From Patescibacteria group bacterium (GTDB lineage Bacteria > Patescibacteriota > Patescibacteriia > UM-FILTER-42-10), in contig JBAYGC010000002.1 of the NCBI GenBank assembly GCA_041666845.1, forward strand, positions 12,499-76,498: a stretch of 64,000 nt of DNA, read 5' to 3'. Positions 39,284 to 49,165 of this stretch are shown here, piece after piece. Numbering within the stretch: position 1 is the first letter of the stretch; every line of letters begins with the position of its first letter. A model generated the notes under the pieces. That model did no database searches. It was given only the letters and a program-made list of their open reading frames with translations, and was not told the DNA's origin. Position numbers and translations under genes: made by a program.

Positions 39284-39754
39284 CTAACTTCTTTCCAGAA
39301 TTATTTTAATATCTCTTGATGCTCGGGGCAGATATTTTGACTGCAGATAATGGCAGGTTATTTCCTCATCCAGATCCTGGTTGATTGCACGATTACCCAG
39401 CCGGTGTACTCCGTCCACCACGAGATATATTTCCTTCGCTGGATGATAGAATATCAGTATATCCCCCGCCGGTACGTCATCATAATCATAGAAACTTTTG
39501 AAATGATCCTCATTGACCTTGGTCTGCGCCAACGCATAGACTTCTTTCAGCCTGACCGGCAAATACTCATCATCTTTTTCCGCCTCTTCAATAGCATTGG
39601 TAATAATTCCGCACTTCTGGTATCGCGGCAGATAGTAGTCCATGATATCAGATACTTTCTTTTTCTCCGAAAATTCCCGCTTGCCTAAAAACAGCCAGGT
39701 CTTTTTCACCCTAACGCGGATGTCTTTACTGTATTTTTCCAGAAAGTCTGACAT
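39284..39754 (-). CDS. Hypothetical protein with ParB/Srx-like motif
   Basis: YLVVDGVHRL. Confidence 0.5.
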   Translation of the reverse strand: MSDFLEKYSKDIRVRVKKTWLFLGKREFSEKKKVSDIMDYYLPRYQKCGIITNAIEEAEKDDEYLPVRLKEVYALAQTKVNEDHFKSFYDYDDVPAGDILIFYHPAKEIYLVVDGVHRLGNRAINQDLDEEITCHYLQSKYLPRASRDIKIILERS

Positions 39755-39873
39755 GCAATAAGTATAGCAATTCCGGTGTAAAACGAAAGCCTGCTGATTT
39801 CAAACTGGATATTTGTGTGTTATGCTAGTGGGGTATAATATTACTAATCTAAATAAAAACAGGTAAAATAACC

Positions 39874-40869
39874 ATGAATCTGGATAAGCTATACGCGATA
39901 ATGGAAGATCAGCCGAAATATCGTCTAACGCAGGTTAAGGATGCAATTTTCAGACTGCTCATCACCGACTGGAATGAAGCAACCAATATTCCAAAAAAAA
40001 CCAGGGAAAGACTAAGCGCGGAGTGCCCGCTTAAAATAAATGGCGAGATTTTTGCGTCCAAAGACAACAAGACAACGAAAGTGTTAATCACGCTTGAAGA
40101 CGGACTGCAGATTGAAACCGTTTTACTGATTCACAAAGACGGACGTCATACTGTCTGCGTATCAACTCAGGTGGGCTGTCCAATGGGATGTACATTCTGC
40201 GCCACCGGCAAACTGGGGCTGAAAAGGAATCTGACAACCGGTGAAATACTGGATCAGGTTTTATTTTTCTCCAGAATATTAAAGAAAAAAGATGAGCGCG
40301 TTTCCAATATTGTTTTTATGGGCATGGGAGAGCCGTTTCTGAATTATGACAACGTGCTTTCGGCAATTAACTATTTGAATAAAGATTTGGGTATCGGCGC
40401 CCGCCATATTTCCGTCTCCACCTGCGGAGTGATTTACGGTATCAATAAGCTGGCGGACCTTGATCTGCAAATTAATCTTGCAATCTCCCTGCACGCGCCC
40501 AATCAGAAATTGCGTGATCAACTGATGCCGGTCAGCAACCACACTCCGCTGGATAAATTATTTGAAGCGGTAGATAATTATATTGCCAAAACCGGCCGGC
40601 GCGTGATGTTTGAATATCTGATGATTAAAGATGTAAATGATTCTGTAGAACTGGCGAAACAACTGGCGAAGCTGATGACTAAGCCTTTGTACATGGTCAA
40701 CTTGATTGCCTATAATCCGACAGATGTTTTCAAGCCGTCCGATAAACAGACAATTGAAGCTTTCAAGCAGGTTTTAGAGAAAGCCGGCGTCACCTTCACT
40801 CAGCGTTACAGTTTCGGCCAGGATATTAATGCCGCCTGTGGCCAGCTCGCGAATAAGACAAGTAAATAA
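39874..40869 (+). CDS. rlmN: 23S rRNA m2A2503 methyltransferase
   Basis: CPMGCTFC, MGMGEP, ISLHA, AACGQL. Confidence 0.96.
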   Translation: MNLDKLYAIMEDQPKYRLTQVKDAIFRLLITDWNEATNIPKKTRERLSAECPLKINGEIFASKDNKTTKVLITLEDGLQIETVLLIHKDGRHTVCVSTQVGCPMGCTFCATGKLGLKRNLTTGEILDQVLFFSRILKKKDERVSNIVFMGMGEPFLNYDNVLSAINYLNKDLGIGARHISVSTCGVIYGINKLADLDLQINLAISLHAPNQKLRDQLMPVSNHTPLDKLFEAVDNYIAKTGRRVMFEYLMIKDVNDSVELAKQLAKLMTKPLYMVNLIAYNPTDVFKPSDKQTIEAFKQVLEKAGVTFTQRYSFGQDINAACGQLANKTSK

Positions 40870-40938
40870 ATACGAATAGAATTTTTTTCGTCAATTTATA
40901 ACAAATAATTAACATCCTTAAATATTTATATCAATGCA

Positions 40939-41364
40939 ATGGCCAAAGCACAAATTAAAGGGCACCAGGTAGTCTGTTCCGCGTTTATTGAAAAAAACAA
41001 AAGGTTTCTAATTGTCATGGATCCGAAATTCAAAGTATGGCGGGTTCCCGGTGGCAGAGCGGAACACGGCGAAAAAATAGAAGACACGCTGATTCGCGAA
41101 ATGCAGGAAGAAACCGGCATAACATTTTCCGATCCGGAATTCATCGGTTTCGGCCAGGACCAGCAGTTTAAGGTAGATGATAAGCTGGAGACCTCCCGCC
41201 TGATTATGTATTTTCATGTACATACCGACCTGGAACCCGTACTCGACCCAAAGGAAGCTGAGCATCATAAGTGGGTTTCGCTTGACGAACTGAAGGAAAT
41301 AGATTTAGATAACAAGGAAGGAGCCCTGACCGATTTCTTCAATCGCAACCCTAATTTTAAATAA
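40939..41364 (+). CDS. NUDIX hydrolase
   Basis: PGG..E.GE...REMQEETG. Confidence 0.9.
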   Translation: MAKAQIKGHQVVCSAFIEKNKRFLIVMDPKFKVWRVPGGRAEHGEKIEDTLIREMQEETGITFSDPEFIGFGQDQQFKVDDKLETSRLIMYFHVHTDLEPVLDPKEAEHHKWVSLDELKEIDLDNKEGALTDFFNRNPNFK

Positions 41365-41376
41365 TAAGCATATTAT

Positions 41377-41754
41377 ATGGCCAATAATATCATTGTAAAA
41401 GAATCAAAAATCAATAACAAAGGTGTTTTCGCGGGTAGGGATTTCAAAAAAGGTGAAATAGTTCTTCCGTGGCAGGCAAATACCATTCTTACTATGGAAG
41501 AAGTAAAAAAACTTCCGCCGGAAGAAAGACACTATATTGCAAATTTTAAAGACGGGCAGTTTCTGCACCAGCAGGAGCCGGAAAGATATGTAAATCATTC
41601 CTGCGATCCAAACACCGAATCCGGAGAAAATTGCGATATTGCGATCCGGGATATCAAGGCGGGTGAAGAAATAACTTCCGATTATGCAAAAGCTAAAATG
41701 AATATTCATTTTGAATGCAACTGTGGGAGTAAAAACTGCCGGAAACAGATTTAA
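41377..41754 (+). CDS. SET-domain methyltransferase with post-SET
   Basis: GVFA, NHSCDPN, GEEIT.DY, CNCGSKNC. Confidence 0.92.
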   Translation: MANNIIVKESKINNKGVFAGRDFKKGEIVLPWQANTILTMEEVKKLPPEERHYIANFKDGQFLHQQEPERYVNHSCDPNTESGENCDIAIRDIKAGEEITSDYAKAKMNIHFECNCGSKNCRKQI

Positions 41755-41769
41755 ATCATTTAAACAAGC

Positions 41770-42108
41770 ATGAACGAACAAAAACTCAGACCAGATAGTT
41801 CAGATAAACCTATAAGTTTTGAAGAAGCATATCAGCAATTGCAGGAAATCATTGCAGTTCTTGCGGAGCTCGGATTAAACATCCCTGATTATTGCCACTC
41901 GGAAGAAATAATCAGAGAACAATGGGATGATAATTACCGAATTCCTTTTCCGGTCGCAAGAGATGGGGCTGACGGTATTAGGGCAAGTCGAAGACGTGAC
42001 GGTAAAGGATTTATAATATCATTCACTAACGGCTTTGAAAATTCAGATGATCCCAAGCGTATGGAGATTACTGAAGTACTCAGAGAAAAAGGTTTCGACG
42101 TTGTATAA
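41770..42108 (+). CDS. Hypothetical protein
   Basis: 112-aa ORF in the co-oriented run. Confidence 0.7.
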   Translation: MNEQKLRPDSSDKPISFEEAYQQLQEIIAVLAELGLNIPDYCHSEEIIREQWDDNYRIPFPVARDGADGIRASRRRDGKGFIISFTNGFENSDDPKRMEITEVLREKGFDVV

Positions 42109-42117
42109 GTATCAATT

Positions 42118-42555
42118 ATGTTTACAATCGGAGCATTCGGCATAATAGTGGATGAAAAGAAGCGGGTCTTACTTTGCCACCGCCGGGATTATGATCTCTG
42201 GAATCTGCCCGGAGGCAAGGTAGAAGCAAATGAAACTCCCTGGGACGCTGTAATTCGAGAGATAAAGGAAGAAACGGGACTGGATGCTAAAATTACTCAT
42301 CTGGCAGGCGTGTACAGTAAGCCGGATAAAAATGAAATCGTCTTTTCTTTCATTTGTGAAATAACAGGCGGTGAAATTACACTGACTGATGAAGCGGACA
42401 TAATAGAATATTTTTCCGCGGACCAGATTCCCAAAAACACTTCACCAAAACAAGTAGAGCGGATTAAAGATTATTTTGCGGATCAATTCAAAACTCACTA
42501 TAAAGTGCAAACTGGCGCGTCATCAATTGATCTGGCCAAAGCGGGAAAATTATAA
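42118..42555 (+). CDS. NUDIX hydrolase
   Basis: WNLPGG.VE..E....REIKEETG. Confidence 0.92.
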   Translation: MFTIGAFGIIVDEKKRVLLCHRRDYDLWNLPGGKVEANETPWDAVIREIKEETGLDAKITHLAGVYSKPDKNEIVFSFICEITGGEITLTDEADIIEYFSADQIPKNTSPKQVERIKDYFADQFKTHYKVQTGASSIDLAKAGKL

Positions 42556-42566
42556 TAAAGAAAAAT

Positions 42567-43217
42567 ATGTCTAAAGCAGTTATTTTTGATCACGACGGGG
42601 TTATTATCGACAATCAACCGGCTCAAAAGTTGGCATGGAAAAAATTGTTTGATGAATACGGTTTTACTATTTCAAATGAGGAAATGAGCCAGAATATTAG
42701 AGGAAGATCAACATTTGAGGGACTAAAAAAATTATTTAGAGGTAGGTTCTCTGATAATGAATTACTGGCAATTGCTAAAAGAAAAGAACAACTATATACA
42801 GACATTTTTCAAAAGGACTTCCGAGCTGTTAAGGGGTTCAATGCTTTGGTGGAAGATCTTAATAGAAATAATATCCCAATGGCAATTGCCACTTCAACTA
42901 CAAATGAACTTTTAAACTATTCTATAAAGCGAATGCAAATCGGTAATTTTTTTGATGTTATTGTAACGGCCGAAAATATTTCGAAATCCAAACCTGATCC
43001 GCAAATTTATTTGGTGACCGCGAGCAAACTGAAAATTGAACCGGCTGATTGCATTGTTTTTGAGGATTCCTTTTCCGGAATAAGATCAGCTAGGGCTGCA
43101 GGGATGAAAGTTATTCTTATGGAAACAACTCACAAAAGAGAAGAGTTTAATGATGAGATAGAATTGGCAATTAGTGATTTTACTGAAGTGTCTGTTTTGC
43201 AAATAAAAAAACTCTAA
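42567..43217 (+). CDS. HAD phosphatase (beta-PGM-like)
   Basis: FDHDG, ATS, KPDP, FEDS. Confidence 0.92.
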   Translation: MSKAVIFDHDGVIIDNQPAQKLAWKKLFDEYGFTISNEEMSQNIRGRSTFEGLKKLFRGRFSDNELLAIAKRKEQLYTDIFQKDFRAVKGFNALVEDLNRNNIPMAIATSTTNELLNYSIKRMQIGNFFDVIVTAENISKSKPDPQIYLVTASKLKIEPADCIVFEDSFSGIRSARAAGMKVILMETTHKREEFNDEIELAISDFTEVSVLQIKKL

Positions 43218-43232
43218 AAAAATCATAACTAA

Positions 43233-43281
43233 AACGCCTTTCGACTAGCTCAGCAAATAATTCGTCTTCGCTCGGGGCGTT
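43233..43281. repeat. REP-like hairpin / terminator between convergent genes
   Basis: AACGCC...GGCGTT stem containing TTCGACTAGCTCAG. Confidence 0.45.
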
Positions 43282-43307
43282 CTTGTGTTATCTGAATTAT
43301 TCGAACT

Positions 43308-44528
43308 TTAGAATTTGCTCTTCCTCAAAATATATACCATCAAAAGCAATTGAAAAATGCCGACCGCTAACGGAGCAACCAACAACCCTGTTTCCCGCGA
43401 GGTAATTTGAATAATGAAAAATAATATCAGAACGCTGGATATCCTGCCGATGTTCAAAAATAACTCTTTATCAAAAACAAACATGTATTGATTATCCTGA
43501 CCTTCATTTGATTCATCATCCATGATATCTAAAAGCAACGGCTCAATCGTCAGCCATTGGAAAATAGTAGTAATTCCTGAAAATAGAACAAAAATTAAAA
43601 TATTCAGCGGATGCTCCAGTAATAGCAGTAAGGCGGAAAATATTATATACGACGATAATGATACAAAATAAACCGGCTTCCGATGATTATGTTTTGCCAA
43701 ACGCCCATACAGATAAGTAATAACCACCACAAATAAAGTTACGATTGTGCTAATCGTCCCCAAAACCCCTTCTTCACCAAGATAAAACAAAATCAGTAAA
43801 GTCGGTAGGAAGAAGCCGATTCCCTCCAGAATGCCCATGGCAAAACTGATGAATCTTACCTTGTTCCATTTTGGAGAAATATGGAACTGGATTATTTTAT
43901 TTATTTTTGGCGTTGCATAATCTGTCTTTAAAACCACTACTCCTGAATATATCAATACGACCATGGCAAACACGCTCAGAATCCAGTAGGCCGTGGTCGG
44001 CGTGTATAACCCGCCGCCTTCGCCCAAGACAATCAACCACCCCACTAAGAATGTAACAATAAGGGAGATTAAGGAGTTTAATAAGGAAGCGATGCTGTAA
44101 AAATAATTCCGATGCTGGGATTTTGCTTCCTGAAAGGACAAAAAATTACGGTTAGCCCAATAAATGCCGGCGCCGAAACCATAAACTCCTCCGTAAGCAA
44201 AAAAATCCCAGACACTGTTACCGGAAAAAAATACGGTGACTACTATAGAAACGGCGGAAACGATCAAACCGACTAAATATAGTTTGGCAATTTTAATTTT
44301 TTTCAACAGCAGGCCGTTAATATAAAAACCAAGCGGTAAAAACATAAAAAATCCCACGTTGTAAATAACCACATCGGGTAGTGATGAAGTGCTCCGCCAG
44401 ATAAAAGAATTAATAAACAAAGATAAAAGCGGAGACGCAATGCTACGCAAGGCAAAAGAAGTCATCAACAGTCTGGACTTCAAAGGAAGCGTTTGATAAT
44501 GATTCCATTCACGTAAAATAATATTCAT
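43308..44528 (-). CDS. MFS transporter
   Basis: About 12 TM; G.G.YW..RN, E...N.GR. Confidence 0.8.
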   Translation of the reverse strand: MNIILREWNHYQTLPLKSRLLMTSFALRSIASPLLSLFINSFIWRSTSSLPDVVIYNVGFFMFLPLGFYINGLLLKKIKIAKLYLVGLIVSAVSIVVTVFFSGNSVWDFFAYGGVYGFGAGIYWANRNFLSFQEAKSQHRNYFYSIASLLNSLISLIVTFLVGWLIVLGEGGGLYTPTTAYWILSVFAMVVLIYSGVVVLKTDYATPKINKIIQFHISPKWNKVRFISFAMGILEGIGFFLPTLLILFYLGEEGVLGTISTIVTLFVVVITYLYGRLAKHNHRKPVYFVSLSSYIIFSALLLLLEHPLNILIFVLFSGITTIFQWLTIEPLLLDIMDDESNEGQDNQYMFVFDKELFLNIGRISSVLILFFIIQITSRETGLLVAPLAVGIFQLLLMVYILRKSKF

Positions 44529-44649
44529 TCGGTTATGAATGCTTGATAACTCGGATATATTACTGCATTGTAGTGTTATTCAAGGTAATGGTCAATCAAA
44601 AACTGCCCATCAATCAGAATGGGGGCAGTCTTTGATTGGTCAATTTAAT

Positions 44650-46239
44650 TTATTGGATGATTCCCCCACCGACCTGTACGCCGTTTCGGTATTCGATTGC
44701 AAACGGGAAGAATCCGGCATTGATGATCGGCTGTCCGTAGCGGTTGAAAATCCTGACATGTGGTCCTCCGCCCGGTCCGGCACCGGTAATAATCTCGTCC
44801 CGGCCGTCCTGATCCAAATCGGCGATTCCGACGTTTACTCCCCCGCGAAATGCGGTGTCATAGGCGAAAAATCCCGGAGTAAATTTAACATTACCATAAG
44901 GGTCAAAAATTCTGACGTGCGCTCCCATACGGACGTTGGTTCCGGTAATTATTTCATCCCGGCCGTCTTTATCCAGGTCACCGGCGGCAACTTTAATCCC
45001 GTGTCGGAGATCCTCACGATATGCGAAAAATCCCGGTGAGAATTTAAGATTGCCATTGCCGTCGAATACTCGGACATGTGGTCCGCCACCGGATTCGGTT
45101 CCGGTGATTATTTCCGCCCTACCGTCGCCATCCAGGTCACCGGCGGCAACTTTTACGCCCAGTAAGTAGTTGTAGTTATACGCAGAAAACTCTTTCATTA
45201 GAAAATACTTTCCGTCACGATATTCAAATACTCTCACCAAATGCCCGCCGACTCCGGCACCCGTGATTATTTCTTTCGTTCCATTGCCGTCGACATCGCC
45301 GATCGCCACATTTACGCCTCCGCCGAAATTTTCGTCATATGCCATAAAAGAATTAATTTGCGTTCCTTCAATACTAAACAATCTCACTTCCGGTTTTCTG
45401 CCGTCCTGCGGGCCGACAATAACTTCCGCTATTCCGTCCAGTGTGATATCGCCGACCGCTAAATTTATACCACCGAGAAATTCTTTTTCATAAACCAGAA
45501 ATTCTCTGACAAAATTGCCGTTTTTGCCGTAAACCTTCACGTATGGTTCTTCCCATTTGCTGGTGGCAACAACAATACCGGTTGATTTTGATTCTCCACT
45601 TTGAGACGGTGGTTCTACTATAGGATCATTATCATCTATCGGCGTAGTTGCTGTTATTCTGGAAGTAATTATTAATTTATCCTGATTACTAAATGTTAGC
45701 GACATAAATGCCTGGTAAGCGTTTCTATCAGCATAAAAAACATCAACAGTATGATTTGTCCCAGTAATCAGTACAGTAGCAGTTTCAGTTCTTGGCGCAT
45801 GTAACCCGGAATTATTAATTACCAACTGGCCGTCATAATATACCCAGGAATCATCATCGCTTGTTATTGAAATTACATAATTACCAGGAAATTCTGTCTT
45901 TACGTATGACTGCCAGTGTACACCAAAATTTCTGTCGTGACCGAGATTATCCTCCTCTTTTGCAGTATCAAATGGAAAAAAATCTCCGCCGAAATTTAAA
46001 TTTTCATCTGTCCGGTTATACCGAAAATAAGTATTGTCATACCAGTCAGTATTCCAACTACCCAATGGATCACCATGTTCATTGTCGGGCCATAGATTGC
46101 TTGGCATCGCCATTTCATGATGTGATTCGGAGTAATTATAATAAATGCCATACCAGCCGGCATCACCTTCGGCACTACGTACCCCGAACGGGATAAATAA
46201 TCCGATTACTGCCAAAATTAATATTGATTTTTTAATCAT
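44650..46239 (-). CDS. Secreted PA14-domain + FG-GAP repeat protein
   Basis: Signal peptide, SDD.SW PA14 motif, five G..VA.GD.D.DG..EIITG repeats. Confidence 0.85.
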   Translation of the reverse strand: MIKKSILILAVIGLFIPFGVRSAEGDAGWYGIYYNYSESHHEMAMPSNLWPDNEHGDPLGSWNTDWYDNTYFRYNRTDENLNFGGDFFPFDTAKEEDNLGHDRNFGVHWQSYVKTEFPGNYVISITSDDDSWVYYDGQLVINNSGLHAPRTETATVLITGTNHTVDVFYADRNAYQAFMSLTFSNQDKLIITSRITATTPIDDNDPIVEPPSQSGESKSTGIVVATSKWEEPYVKVYGKNGNFVREFLVYEKEFLGGINLAVGDITLDGIAEVIVGPQDGRKPEVRLFSIEGTQINSFMAYDENFGGGVNVAIGDVDGNGTKEIITGAGVGGHLVRVFEYRDGKYFLMKEFSAYNYNYLLGVKVAAGDLDGDGRAEIITGTESGGGPHVRVFDGNGNLKFSPGFFAYREDLRHGIKVAAGDLDKDGRDEIITGTNVRMGAHVRIFDPYGNVKFTPGFFAYDTAFRGGVNVGIADLDQDGRDEIITGAGPGGGPHVRIFNRYGQPIINAGFFPFAIEYRNGVQVGGGIIQ

Positions 46240-46369
46240 TTTTTTACTAATTTATTCATTTATCAGCAACGTTGGATACTATCATATTCATGGCTCGCTG
46301 TCAATACTCGAAGAAAAAAACGCTATATTTAGCGTTTATTACCGTCGACAATAATTTGTGTCGAAAAGC

Positions 46370-47872
46370 TTAGGTAATGGTAAAAATATTGATTTTTTCA
46401 ATAGCCTTTTTTGCCAGTTCAATTCTTTCCCTGCGATTTGCGTAGAAGGTAAACAATTTACTGCCTTTCTTCACTTCCTGTCCGACTCTTTTGTGCAAAT
46501 AAATACCGGCCAGCTTTTCAGACGGAGCTCCTAAGGTTCTTGCGATCTCATCGATTGCTTTATTGTCGACTGCGGTTATTTTCCCTTCTTGAGAGGAAAG
46601 CACGCGGTAATATTCACCACCCAAAACCACCGCGTCGGAATCAATTGTTGAATCACCGCCTTGTTCTTTGATCACCACCTGCATTTTTTTCCACGCTTTG
46701 CCGGAAACTAGAATTTCTTCTGCGACCGACTTTCCCTTTCCGCGCGCTACCTGCCCTGATATTTCCAGAAGTTTTCCAGCCAAAATCAGCGCCTTATTTT
46801 CCAAATCTTTCGGCCGGTTGCTTTTTTGCTGCAATACCCGCAGGACATCGCGTGATTCCAATGCCGGTCCAACTCCCCTCCCCACCGGTTCATTGGCCAA
46901 TATTTTTTCCACATGAACTTTAATTCCAAAACGTTTACCTAAATACATAAACTTCTTTTCTATTTCATTCGCGGTTTTCATATCCGGAATTTTTGACGTA
47001 ATACCGACCGGCATATCAATAACGAGGTATTTGATGCCCATGGCAACCTTTTTCGCCATGATACTTACCACCATTTTATCAAACGGTTCCAAGGAAAGCG
47101 GTTTGGTTACCTGAATAATCAAATCATCCGCCGGCGCGATATTCAAACCTCCGCCCCAGATCATACATACTTTGTTTTTCATCACCATCTGTTTGATTCT
47201 GGACATGGAAAATCCGACTGGGGCCAATACCTCCATAGTATCCGCAGTACCCGACGGTGAAGTGATTGCCCGAGACGAGGTTTTCGGAATATACAAACCA
47301 AAAGCCGCAACAATCGGCACAACGATCATGGTTGTTCTATTTCCAGCTAACCCACCGACGGAATGTTTATCAACTACTATTTTATTTCCGGAAAATCTCA
47401 ATTGTTCTCCAGTCTCCGCGATTGACTTTGTAAGAAAATACAGTTCTTGAGGAGTATAAGGTCGGGCAAAACTGGATGCGACAAAATACGATGTCTCCAC
47501 CGGTCCTAATCTACGGCTGACGATATCCGCAATGATCGAATGAATTTCATCATAGCTTAAAATGCCACCCTTGATTTTTTTATTAATTGCTTTTACGGAC
47601 TCCGGGCGCTCAACGATTGAAACTTCAATTATTTGATCCTTCTTCATCGGATACTTTGCCCAAATCTCTTCAAAGAGACCGATCTCTCCAGGCTTTATTT
47701 CATTTTCCGCCAGATTTACCGTAGCAAATATTCTTTTGCGGTTATGCCAGGACAACCCGATATGATCATTGGCACGAATACCAAAATTCAGCGCTTCTTT
47801 TTCATTCAAAAGAATCTTCGGCATTTCGCCGGTTTCAATATCAATCTTTTTTGCTCTCAAATAAAAAGCCAT
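46370..47872 (-). CDS. AMP (NMP) phosphorylase, archaeal-type
   Basis: Extra N-terminal domain, DKHSVGG.AGNRTT, PKTSSRAITSP.GTAD; adjacent to rbcL. Confidence 0.93.
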   Translation of the reverse strand: MAFYLRAKKIDIETGEMPKILLNEKEALNFGIRANDHIGLSWHNRKRIFATVNLAENEIKPGEIGLFEEIWAKYPMKKDQIIEVSIVERPESVKAINKKIKGGILSYDEIHSIIADIVSRRLGPVETSYFVASSFARPYTPQELYFLTKSIAETGEQLRFSGNKIVVDKHSVGGLAGNRTTMIVVPIVAAFGLYIPKTSSRAITSPSGTADTMEVLAPVGFSMSRIKQMVMKNKVCMIWGGGLNIAPADDLIIQVTKPLSLEPFDKMVVSIMAKKVAMGIKYLVIDMPVGITSKIPDMKTANEIEKKFMYLGKRFGIKVHVEKILANEPVGRGVGPALESRDVLRVLQQKSNRPKDLENKALILAGKLLEISGQVARGKGKSVAEEILVSGKAWKKMQVVIKEQGGDSTIDSDAVVLGGEYYRVLSSQEGKITAVDNKAIDEIARTLGAPSEKLAGIYLHKRVGQEVKKGSKLFTFYANRRERIELAKKAIEKINIFTIT

Positions 47873-47890
47873 AATTTTTGTTTATTGTAA

Positions 47891-47925
47891 TAATTGGTAA
47901 CTGGTAATTCGTAATTAGTAATTAC
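47891..47925. repeat. Five degenerate 7-bp tandem repeats
   Basis: TAATTGG TAACTGG TAATTCG TAATTAG TAATTAC. Confidence 0.75.
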
Positions 47926-47928
47926 AAG

Positions 47929-49164
47929 CTACTTTTTCCAATGCCTCAGCGCAATAGCTAGTTCCCCATGTTCCTTGGCATACTCATCCAGATCAATTCC
48001 CGCAAGCGTCGCATCTAGTGCCTGCTTAACTGCGGTTGCTCCGGCGAACGTCCCTTCCGGATGGCCGTGGATACCTCCGCCGAAATTCATAATTATATCT
48101 TTACCAAATATTTTATAAAGCGAAGGTATTAGATTGGGATACAGTCCGCCCGATGCGATCGGAAAAGTTGATTTAATATTAAACCACTTGCTGCGCAGAA
48201 AATCATCTATTTCAACCACGTCCACTTTCCCGCCTTCCATTTTTCCAACAACTGTACCGGTGTGCAGCTGATCAATCCCGGCTAGGCGCGCCAGTTTGGA
48301 CAACACCAGCATGCTCATCCCATGTTTGTGATTTTTTGTAAACATAGAATGTCCCGCCCGATGGCCGTGAATTATCAGACCCAGATCACGCTTGCGCAAC
48401 ATCTGGACGTTATCAAGCCCCACGGAAACCATGTCGATCATCACTACTTCTCCGCCGAGACTTTTGACCAGTTGTGCTCTTTTAACCATCTCGTCCGGCT
48501 GTGCCGTTACATTAAATACACACAGTTTCTTACAGCCTGTTTCTTTCTCCGCCTTATCCCTCATTTTCAAAGTGAGCCGGACCCTCTGGTCAAACCGGCT
48601 GAAAGAGAGGTCGGTTAAATTTTCATCATCTTTGACCAGATCAATCCCACCGATAAACACCTGGTAAGAAAGCGTAGCATGTTGCAATGCAGACAAACCC
48701 AGTTTTGGTTTCAGAATTGACCCCAATATCGGCCGGTCATAAATTCCCGTAATGCGTCGGATGCCTTTGATACCGAAACGCGGTCCTTGAAAGCTCTCGA
48801 CATATTCTTTCGGAAAGTCTACATCAACCAGCCGGAGATTTTTAATTATCTTCATGCTGAATACATTACCCGCCACACCGGACAAGAACTGAGGGATACT
48901 TCCCTTTTCAAAAAGCGCCAAAGGATAGGCAACTTTAAACGTATGAGCTTTTTTATCAACATCATATGCCTTCGCACTCAGCTTCGAAAATGTCGCCTTA
49001 GATAATGTAGCAAGATCCGTCCAGGTTCCAATAGAAGATTCCGCCGCTACTCCACCCGCCGCATCGTTAAAATCAATATTGGTATCCATATGGAAAGAAG
49101 CTACCAGTTCTGTTTTTTTTGGCTGGTAACTTTTCTTTACAAATTTTTGATAGAATTTATTCAT
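47929..49164 (-). CDS. rbcL: RuBisCO large subunit, form III-type
   Basis: ESS.GTW, KPKLG, KDDE, HRAGH, GKMEG, SGG, GGGIHGHP; likely start MNKF at 49164. Confidence 0.95.
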   Translation of the reverse strand: MNKFYQKFVKKSYQPKKTELVASFHMDTNIDFNDAAGGVAAESSIGTWTDLATLSKATFSKLSAKAYDVDKKAHTFKVAYPLALFEKGSIPQFLSGVAGNVFSMKIIKNLRLVDVDFPKEYVESFQGPRFGIKGIRRITGIYDRPILGSILKPKLGLSALQHATLSYQVFIGGIDLVKDDENLTDLSFSRFDQRVRLTLKMRDKAEKETGCKKLCVFNVTAQPDEMVKRAQLVKSLGGEVVMIDMVSVGLDNVQMLRKRDLGLIIHGHRAGHSMFTKNHKHGMSMLVLSKLARLAGIDQLHTGTVVGKMEGGKVDVVEIDDFLRSKWFNIKSTFPIASGGLYPNLIPSLYKIFGKDIIMNFGGGIHGHPEGTFAGATAVKQALDATLAGIDLDEYAKEHGELAIALRHWKK

Positions 49165-49165
49165 G

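Noticed and set aside
44700-45480. Repeated DNA units suggesting CRISPR or DGR repeats
   Set aside because: These are in-frame FG-GAP coding repeats with synonymous divergence. There are no unique spacers, no adenine-specific mismatch pattern, and no RT or cas gene.
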